Shown here piece after piece: positions 48,201-55,286 of a stretch of DNA of 64,000 bases; positions within the stretch are counted from its first letter, which is position 1, and each line of letters begins with the position of its first letter. The notes below the pieces were generated by a model. That model was not told the DNA's origin. It did not search any database and was given only the letters and a program-made list of their open reading frames with translations. Source of the DNA: Candidatus Multivoradales bacterium. GTDB lineage: Bacteria > Acidobacteriota > Thermoanaerobaculia > Multivoradales > JAHEKO01. The translations under genes and the position numbers were made by a program. Where the stretch lies: NCBI GenBank assembly GCA_965223855.1, contig CBDCXM010000009.1, forward strand, positions 128,001-192,000. The letters run 5' to 3'.

Positions 48201-49565
48201 TCAGCTTCCGGGTGGACAGCCGCCCTGGGCTGCCGAGCGGCGCATGAGGGTCCACTCCCTCCCCTGCGACGGGGGATCGGTCTGAATCGTCAGCACGGCG
48301 CTCTGCACCGAGGTGCCGGCCACACGGCAGAAGCCCATCGTCACGTCGACCGACTCGCCAGGGTTCAACCGTCGTGGAAGGGGGGGCACGGCGTTCACCT
48401 GCCAGTTCGCTCGCGCCGCTTCGTCGACCGCCGCCGACCGGACCGTGACCGGCTCCTCACCCGTGTTGGTCGCGCGGATGGTTCGGGTTCCCGTGCAGCC
48501 GTCCAACGTGCCCGAGAAGCACAGGTCGTCGGGTAGCGGGAACTCGTCGGGGCCGACGACCTCCTCGAAGCTCAGCGCGAAGTCGGGCTCGACTCTGGCG
48601 AGCAGGTCGATGCGATGTTCCCGCAGGCCGAAGCGGTTCTGCGGCGGCACCTCGTAAGTGGTGAAGAACGACAGGGCACCCTCCGCCTGCCCGGAAAGCT
48701 CCTGCCGCGACGCCAGGAAGAAGCCGGCAATCTGGCACCTGCTCGTCCGACTCCCGATCCGCGTGGAGCCTTGCGGAACGAGTTCCAGCAGTCCCTCGTT
48801 GGCGCAGGAGGCCGAGTGGGCATGAAAGCCGGGGTCGGATCCGGGGAGGAGTGGGTTCTCGAGAGCGACGATGTCGATCGGCTCGCTGCGGAGATCGCCG
48901 CAGTTCGTGATCTCGACCACCAGCGACCCAGCGGTCCGACCCTCGTCGAACGTTCCGAAGTCGAAGCTGTCGCCGCACGGTAAGCCGTTGCAGGTGATCT
49001 CGAGGCACTGGTCGGACGGGGGAGGCGGCGGACCCTCACAGAACGGCATGACGGAGGGCGGGTCCTCGAGGCATCCCCTGAGCATCGGGAAGTCGACGGG
49101 CCCCTGGGGGGTGCAGGTCACGCTCTCCGGCCAGACGCACCATGGGCCCTCGTGCCTGTCGAGGAACGTCCCGTTCAGAGCGATCACGTCGGAGGGAATC
49201 CGATCCGGGGTCGCCGCCCAGTCGATGATGTCCCTCCACTCCGCAGTGACGGAGGCTTCGTTGTCGTAGTCCCCGCACTGCGGGCAGCGCGCGCCCGAGC
49301 AGGTCGCCAGCGGCAGCCGTGGCAGCGCTTCCCCATCGACGTTCCGCACCAGGTCCGTGTGACGGAGACTCGAGAGGGTCTCGACGTGCCCGTCCGCACT
49401 CTGCAGCTGAGCCACGCAGTGATAGCTGGTGCCCTCCTCTGGCGGATCGGAGTGGTAGACCGGTCTAGTCGGAGCTGCGAGAAAGCAACCGGAGGTCGAG
49501 ATCGTCAGAAACGCGATCAGCGACAGGACGGTCGAAGCGTTTGACCGGGCGAGAAGCGAGTACAT
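48201..49565 (-). CDS. Cysteine-rich putative lipoprotein with C-terminal Ig-like (ASH/choice-of-anchor D-like) domains
   Basis: Hydrophobic leader ending TSGC; about 19 Cys; FDFG...VEITNCG and TIRATNTG.EPV.V...LNPGES...V...F...AVLTIQTD; AGGAGG RBS. Confidence 0.7.
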   Translation of the reverse strand: MYSLLARSNASTVLSLIAFLTISTSGCFLAAPTRPVYHSDPPEEGTSYHCVAQLQSADGHVETLSSLRHTDLVRNVDGEALPRLPLATCSGARCPQCGDYDNEASVTAEWRDIIDWAATPDRIPSDVIALNGTFLDRHEGPWCVWPESVTCTPQGPVDFPMLRGCLEDPPSVMPFCEGPPPPPSDQCLEITCNGLPCGDSFDFGTFDEGRTAGSLVVEITNCGDLRSEPIDIVALENPLLPGSDPGFHAHSASCANEGLLELVPQGSTRIGSRTSRCQIAGFFLASRQELSGQAEGALSFFTTYEVPPQNRFGLREHRIDLLARVEPDFALSFEEVVGPDEFPLPDDLCFSGTLDGCTGTRTIRATNTGEEPVTVRSAAVDEAARANWQVNAVPPLPRRLNPGESVDVTMGFCRVAGTSVQSAVLTIQTDPPSQGREWTLMRRSAAQGGCPPGS

Positions 49566-49736
49566 GGCTGATTCCTCCTGAGTGCGACGTGAGACTCGGG
49601 CTCACGAGTTCAGGCGACACAGGGGAACGCACCACAACATCTCCCGCCACTCTTCCTGACCGATCCTTCGGCCAGCGCAACCGCCCTCGGCCCAGGTACC
49701 GAAGAAACCATCGCCTTGATGACCGGAGCTCCGGAC

Positions 49737-50177
49737 CGCGGCATCGGACAAGCCGGTAGGCGTCCGTTCGAGGAGGGCCTGCCGGGGCCGTGAGGACCCA
49801 GCCGAGTTGCCGATAGCCCTTCCGCTCCGATGCCGCGCAGGGTCCGACAGAGCGGCGCCGACTTCCGCTTCACCGGGAAGCGCCGCGTGCCCTGGCAGGC
49901 CCTCCTCGAACGGGCGCCGGCTCAGGAGGAGAAGCACCAGCGAGCCAAGATCGCTCAGGCAAGCCCCTGCACGGCCTGGATCCTAGAGCGCGGTATCGGG
50001 CAAGCCGGTAGGCGTCCGTTCGAGGAGGGCCCATCAGGGCCGTGAGGACCCAGCCGAGTTGCCGATGGCTCTTCCGCCCTGGTGCCGCGCAGGGTCCGAC
50101 AGAGCGGCGCCGACTTCCCTCCCACCGAGATGCGCCGCGTGCCCTGGCGGGCCCTCCTCGAACGGACGCCGGCTCAG
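49737..50177. repeat. Two ~189-bp structured repeats at 252-bp spacing, each bounded by ~30-bp inverted repeats
   Basis: Copies 49737-49925 and 49989-50177; arms GGCGTCCGTTCGAGGAGGGCC / GGCCCTCCTCGAACGG(G/A)CGCC; internal stems GGACCC/GGGTCC and GCGGCGC/GCGCCGC. Confidence 0.9.
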
Positions 50178-50207
50178 AACCAGAAAGGACTCGAGAGCGA
50201 GAAACGC

Positions 50208-51560
50208 TCAGCCGAGGCCGATGCCGGCGTAGCGAGCCACCGAGTCGCGAGCCAGCATCCGCCGGCCGTCGACCACCAGCGGCTGCCCGTCGCGCCCGCC
50301 GAGCAACTCCGGCAATCGCTCGAACTCTCCCCACCGCGTCATCAGCGCGATTCCATCGACGCCCTCGACCGCCTCCGCGAGCGTCGATGCATAGGAGACT
50401 TCGAGGCCGGCGAGCTCCTTGCGCGCCTCGCCCTCGGCGATCGGGTCGAAGGCGACGACGTCGGCCCCGAGCTCGACCAGCCGGCGCACCACCGGAAGCG
50501 CCGGCGACTCCCGGATGTCGTCGGTCTCCGGCTTGAAGGCGAGACCGAGCACCGCGATCCGGCGACCCGCCACCTCACCCAGACCGTCGATCATCAGATC
50601 GACCACCCGCTCCGGCTGCGCCTCGTTGACGGCGATCACCGCGTCGAGCAGCGCCATCGGCTCCCCGGCCGCCTTGCCGTGAGCGATCAGCGCCTTGACG
50701 TCCTTGGGGAAGCACGAACCACCGAACCCGCAACCCGCTTCGAGGTAGGTCGTGAACCCGGGCGTGACCCGCTCGCCGGCTTCGCGGTCCTCGCCGAGGA
50801 TCGGCGACAGCCGCTTGTCGAGGTGAACACCCCGCATCACCTCGGCGACGTCGACCCCGCCGACTGCGGTCGAGAGATTCGCGATCTCGTTCGAGAACGA
50901 GATCATCGTCGCCAGCACCGAGTTGGCGGCGTACTTGATCATCTCGGCGGTCCTGGGAGTCGTGCGCACGACATCGACTCCTTCGAAGACGGCGTAGAGC
51001 TCTGCCATCGTGTCGATCGCCCGCTCGTCGATGCCGCCGAGGACGATGCGATCGGGATGAAGGAAGTCCTCGACCGCCTCACCCTCGCGAAGGAACTCCG
51101 GATTCATGCCGACGCCGAAGTCGCGGCCCGGCTCGAGGCCGGAGGCCTCCGCCACCGCCGGCAGCACGACCTCCTCGGTCGTCCCCGGCACGACGGTGCT
51201 CTTGACGACCACGACGTGGTAGCCCTCTTTGTCCGCGAGCGCCGCACCGATCTGACGTGCCGCCTGCTCGACGTAGGAAAGATCGATCCGCTCCCCAGCG
51301 AACGGCGTCCCGACGGCGATCAGCGTGAGGTCGCTGCCGGCGACCGCCGGGGCGAGTTCCGTCGTCGCCGTCAGCCGTTCTCCGACGAGCGGCGCCATCA
51401 GGGTCTCGAGGCCACGCTCGTGGATCGGCGGCTCGCCGCGATTGATGCGCTCGACCTTCGCGTCGTCGATGTCGATGCAGATCACCTCGTGGCCGAGATG
51501 CGCCAGGCAGGCTCCGCTGACGAGGCCGACGTAGCCGGTGCCGACGATCGAGACCTTCAT
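50208..51560 (-). CDS. ugd: UDP-glucose/GDP-mannose dehydrogenase
   Basis: IVGTGYVGL, AVGTP, KSTVVPGT, NPEFLREG, KYAAN, GFGGSCFPKD, GLAFKPETDDIRES. Confidence 0.95.
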   Translation of the reverse strand: MKVSIVGTGYVGLVSGACLAHLGHEVICIDIDDAKVERINRGEPPIHERGLETLMAPLVGERLTATTELAPAVAGSDLTLIAVGTPFAGERIDLSYVEQAARQIGAALADKEGYHVVVVKSTVVPGTTEEVVLPAVAEASGLEPGRDFGVGMNPEFLREGEAVEDFLHPDRIVLGGIDERAIDTMAELYAVFEGVDVVRTTPRTAEMIKYAANSVLATMISFSNEIANLSTAVGGVDVAEVMRGVHLDKRLSPILGEDREAGERVTPGFTTYLEAGCGFGGSCFPKDVKALIAHGKAAGEPMALLDAVIAVNEAQPERVVDLMIDGLGEVAGRRIAVLGLAFKPETDDIRESPALPVVRRLVELGADVVAFDPIAEGEARKELAGLEVSYASTLAEAVEGVDGIALMTRWGEFERLPELLGGRDGQPLVVDGRRMLARDSVARYAGIGLG

Positions 51561-52708
51561 CGCTCGTCGTCCTCACGGTTGCCCGCGTACCAGACGAGGG
51601 CCCGCCGCAGACCGTCTTCGAAGGAGACTCCAGGTTCGTAGCCGATCTCCTCGCGCGCCTTGTCGATCACCGGACAGCGCCGGTTCGGGTTGTCGACCAG
51701 ATAGTCGGCGTCCTCGCTCTTTTCGCGGACGACGCTCCCCTCGTAGCCGAAGAGCTCGCCCCCAAGCGCCACGACCCGCTCGGCAAGCTCCGCCATCGAG
51801 ATCTCCGGCCGGTCGGTGCCGATGTTGTAGGGCTCGCCGCGACCGCCGCCCACGAGAATCTTGAAATATCCGGCGACCGCGTCGGCGACGTAGCAGAAGG
51901 TGCGGGTCGCCGAGCCGTCCGAGAGCATCACGATGTCGCGCCCGGCGAGCACGTCGCGGGCGAAGTCGGGAAGGACCCTTCGGTCGCCGAGCTTGAGGCC
52001 GGGGCCGTAATTGTTGAACGGCCGCGCGATCGAGACCGGCACACCGCGCTCGGCGGCGAAGTTGACGCACAGCGTCTCGCCGTAGCGCTTCGACTCGTCG
52101 TAGCAGGCCCGCGGCCCGGTGCACGAGACGTTGCCGCGGTAGCTCTCGGGCGTCGGGATCGACTCCGGATCCGGATCGCCGTAGATCTCGCTGGTCGAGA
52201 AGAAGAGGAAGCCGCGAACGGGCAGGCCGTTCTGTTCCTGGTCGCGCGCCCAGTCGAGAAGCTGGCGCAGGCCGCCGACGTTGGCGTCCATCGTCTCGAT
52301 CGGGTTCTGCCGGTAGAACGTCGGCGAGGCGATCGACGCCGCATGGATCACCCAGTCGAAGTCCGGCATGTCGACCGGCAGCGGATGGGTGATGTCGTGG
52401 CGCCGCAGCTCCAGATGAGGGTCGGACTCGAGGACTTCGAGCCAGCCGGGGACGCCGCGTGAGTAGTTGTCGAAGACGGTGACGGAGATCGGCTCACCGA
52501 GCCCGAGCCCGTTCCAGGCGAGCGGCGCCTGCACCAGGTAGTAGCCGAGGAAACCGGCGCCGCCGGTGACGAGCAGCCGGCCGCCGGCCATGGCTGCGAA
52601 CTCGTCGGCCAGCGCGGCGGTGAGCTCTTCGAGGTCGCCCGCCACGACATCGGTCGCGGCGTCGCGCCAGTAGGACTCGTCGTCCAGGGAGACGAAGGAT
52701 TCGGGCAT
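51557..52708 (-). CDS. NAD-dependent epimerase/dehydratase, UDP-glucuronate decarboxylase (UDP-xylose synthase)-like
   Basis: VTGGAGFLG, HAASIASP, STSEIYGDP, GPRACYDESKR, FNNYGP, TRTFCYV, RRCP. Confidence 0.88.
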   Translation of the reverse strand: MPESFVSLDDESYWRDAATDVVAGDLEELTAALADEFAAMAGGRLLVTGGAGFLGYYLVQAPLAWNGLGLGEPISVTVFDNYSRGVPGWLEVLESDPHLELRRHDITHPLPVDMPDFDWVIHAASIASPTFYRQNPIETMDANVGGLRQLLDWARDQEQNGLPVRGFLFFSTSEIYGDPDPESIPTPESYRGNVSCTGPRACYDESKRYGETLCVNFAAERGVPVSIARPFNNYGPGLKLGDRRVLPDFARDVLAGRDIVMLSDGSATRTFCYVADAVAGYFKILVGGGRGEPYNIGTDRPEISMAELAERVVALGGELFGYEGSVVREKSEDADYLVDNPNRRCPVIDKAREEIGYEPGVSFEDGLRRALVWYAGNREDDER

Positions 52709-52810
52709 TTCTGGGGGTCCTGTCGCAGGGCCGCGACGGCGGGAACGCGCCGCTCGGAGAGATACCGATGGTATCAGGGAGCCGCCACGCCCCCTTTCGA
52801 GCCGCGCACG

Positions 52811-52838
52811 AAAAACGGCCGGGGCGAACCCCGGCCGT
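52811..52838 (-). terminator. Rho-independent terminator of the minus-strand TonB receptor
   Basis: ACGGCCGGGG-TTCG-CCCCGGCCGT followed by T run. Confidence 0.85.
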
Positions 52839-52861
52839 CGATACCTCGATGAAGCCGAAGG

Positions 52862-54931
52862 CTAGAAGCGGAAGCTCACCTTGCCCGTGACCTTGCGCCC
52901 GATGATGTCGCCGAAGACGTGCTGCTGAATGTCCTCGTCGGCGACGTTCTGCGCATCGACGCGGAAGGTGCCCTTGCCGTCCATGAAGTAGACGCCGAAG
53001 CCGAGGTTGATCTGCTCGAACGCCGGGGTCGGTCCATGGAAGCGGGAGTCGAGGACATCGGTCCAGAACGCCTCGTCCTGGTAGTTGACGTTCGCGTTCC
53101 AGAACCAGCGGTCGGCGGTGTAGGAGAGCCCGATGTTGGCCCGGTTCTCCGGCGGAATGCCGACGTCGGCCTGAGGAATGCCGGTGACCTCCGGCTCGTC
53201 CTGGTAGGAGTAGTTGAAGAACCAGGACCAGGTGTCGTTCGGATTGCCGTTGAGCGAGAACTCGAGTCCCTGATTGATCGACTCGCCGACGTTGCGGTAG
53301 GAGAAGACCGACGGGAAGAGACCGGCGAGACCACCGAACTGCGGCGGCACGTCGAGGACGAACGTCGGGAACGGGAAGTTCGGCGGAGGATTGGCCGCCG
53401 TGTAGACGTTGCGGGTGAAGAAGTCGATGTCGTCGGTCGTCTCGTTGCGGTAGATCGACAGCGTCATCATCGTGCCGTTGCCGAAGGTGCCGACGTAGCC
53501 GACCTCGAGAGCGTCGAGCTGCTGCTCGGTGAGATCGGGGTTGCCGATCGCGAGCGACGGGAAGACGTAGGGCAGCGGCCCCGCCGGCGTCGGCAGCGTC
53601 ACGAGGTTGATGATCGTGATGTCGAGGAAGTTGTTGATCAGCGACGGCGCCCGGAACGCGCGGTTATAGGAGAGCCGCACCGTGTGGTAGGTGCTCGGCG
53701 AGATCATCAGGCTCGTCCGCGGCGAGACCACCGAACCGATCGGGTCGAGGTCGTCCCAGCGTGCGCCGACCAGCCAGCGCACCTTGTCGCCGATCAGGAT
53801 CTCGTCCTGGACGAAGACACCGAACTCGTCGCGGCTGTCGCCCTGCGGGGCGATCGTGATGTCGAACGAGTTGGTGCGCGCCGTCGCGCCGAAGGTGAAG
53901 ACGTGGTTGCCGCCCACCACCTTGGTATCGGTGTAGTCGGCGCTCACGGTGTCGCTGTTGAAGCCGAGCACCAGCGGCCGGCCGTCGGGACCGACGGTCA
54001 GCAGATTGTCCCCCTCACCGTCGAGGACGTTGACGAAGAGACCGAAGCGCTTGGCGTACTTGCTCCACGAGACCTGGCCGTAGCTCAGGCTGGTCGAGGA
54101 GTCGATGTCGAACGGGCCGATACCGGTGTGGATGATGCCGTCGGTCGCCGCGCGGCCGAAGCCGAAGCGCAGCGTCGAGTCGGGCGTCAGGTCATAGTCC
54201 CACCGCAGATCGACCTTCGGTTGGCTCGTCCCCTGGTTGTCGATCGTCGGGTACGGCGTGTTGGTGCCCGGGATCGTGCCGACCGGACGGTCGTAGGGAT
54301 CCTGCTCGTAGTAGCCGGCCGAGAACTTGAAGCCGAGCTTCTCCGAAGCGCGGGCGTGCGAGACGTTCGCCAGCAGGGTCCCGAACTCACCCCCGCCGAT
54401 GGTCACCGAGGTGCCCTCCATCTCGCGCGGGCTCTTGGTGATGACGTTGACGACACCGGTCTGGGCGTTGGCACCCCACACCGCGCTGCCGGGACCGCGC
54501 ACGACCTCGATCTGCTTGATCTCGTGCGGATCGGAGGGCATGAACTCCCAGACGACGAAGCCGAAGAAGTCGAGGTAGATCGAGCGGCTGTCGACCAGCA
54601 CGAGCTGGCTCGTCGCCAGCGAGTTGGTCGAAGCGCGGCTGGTGATGTTGACGTCACGCGCGCTGATCTGGGTGACGTTGACCCCCGGGACATTACGCAG
54701 GATGTCGCCGTAGTCGTCGACCGGTGCCGTCTCGAGCGCTTCGGCGGAGATCACCGTCATCGACGCGGGCGCCTCCTGCAAGCGCTGCTCCGTTCGGGAA
54801 GCGGTGACGACCATGACCTCTTCGACGCGTTCGAGTTCCTCGCCCTCGGCGTCGTCAGCTTCTTCCTGCGCGACCGCCATCGTGGCACCCAACGCGGCGA
54901 CGAGCAGCAGCATCCAGAGCTTCTTTTGCAT
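52862..54931 (-). CDS. TonB-dependent receptor
   Basis: Signal peptide from ATG 54931; VVTASR.EQ....PASMTVI, LRNVPGV, IKQIEVVRGPGSAVWGANA..GVVNVITK; terminal F. Confidence 0.93.
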   Translation of the reverse strand: MQKKLWMLLLVAALGATMAVAQEEADDAEGEELERVEEVMVVTASRTEQRLQEAPASMTVISAEALETAPVDDYGDILRNVPGVNVTQISARDVNITSRASTNSLATSQLVLVDSRSIYLDFFGFVVWEFMPSDPHEIKQIEVVRGPGSAVWGANAQTGVVNVITKSPREMEGTSVTIGGGEFGTLLANVSHARASEKLGFKFSAGYYEQDPYDRPVGTIPGTNTPYPTIDNQGTSQPKVDLRWDYDLTPDSTLRFGFGRAATDGIIHTGIGPFDIDSSTSLSYGQVSWSKYAKRFGLFVNVLDGEGDNLLTVGPDGRPLVLGFNSDTVSADYTDTKVVGGNHVFTFGATARTNSFDITIAPQGDSRDEFGVFVQDEILIGDKVRWLVGARWDDLDPIGSVVSPRTSLMISPSTYHTVRLSYNRAFRAPSLINNFLDITIINLVTLPTPAGPLPYVFPSLAIGNPDLTEQQLDALEVGYVGTFGNGTMMTLSIYRNETTDDIDFFTRNVYTAANPPPNFPFPTFVLDVPPQFGGLAGLFPSVFSYRNVGESINQGLEFSLNGNPNDTWSWFFNYSYQDEPEVTGIPQADVGIPPENRANIGLSYTADRWFWNANVNYQDEAFWTDVLDSRFHGPTPAFEQINLGFGVYFMDGKGTFRVDAQNVADEDIQQHVFGDIIGRKVTGKVSFRF

Positions 54932-55134
54932 CCTCTCAATCCTCCAGTTCTTGCCGCCGATCGGCTCGCAGCCCGAAGGGCTGAACGGTCCCCGCGAGAT
55001 CCGAGATAGCGGTCGCTCGAGACGTCTGCCTCGAAAATTCAATGATGGCGCAACTTTAGCACCATGAGGCATTTCCGCCACACAATCGCCACGGAATCGA
55101 CGCTGGACGGCGATGGTTTCGGCCGCGCGCCCGG

Positions 55135-55168
55135 TGTTACAGTCGTCACTCAATTGAGTGCGATGACT
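55135..55168 (+). promoter_or_regulatory. Extended -10 followed by a palindromic operator upstream of the Oar-like receptor
   Basis: TGtTACAGT (55135-55143); perfect 14-bp palindrome CACTCAATTGAGTG (55147-55160) inside a longer imperfect one. Confidence 0.5.
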
Positions 55169-55286
55169 CGCCACGCTCCCGGTACAAGACAGAGCTCCTG
55201 AACGCCGCCGTGCGGCGTGATCGGCTCGGAGTTCGTCCGGTCCTCGAGGTGGGGGGTTGAGAACCTCTTCAAGGAGAACCCTTTTG

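Noticed and set aside
49662-49670. Third copy of the ECF -35 motif (CGAAGGATC on -) upstream of the Cys-rich lipoprotein
   Set aside because: No CATCCAAC element at the required 13-nt spacing.
49737-50177. Hammerhead or HDV-like ribozyme, attC cassette site, or CRISPR
   Set aside because: No CUGANGA/GAAA core on either strand, HDV helix order not satisfied, no RYYYAAC/GTTRRRY ends, and units too long for CRISPR; kept as an unclassified structured repeat.
55046-55061. Sigma54 promoter-like TGGCGC-N5-TAGCA
   Set aside because: Two mismatches to consensus, and the same bases read as an extended -10 on the opposite strand; cannot be supported.
54932-55286. Cobalamin riboswitch ahead of the TonB receptors (B12-related genes are in the window)
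   Set aside because: No recognisable B12-box or conserved GGGAA/GCCACUG elements on either strand.
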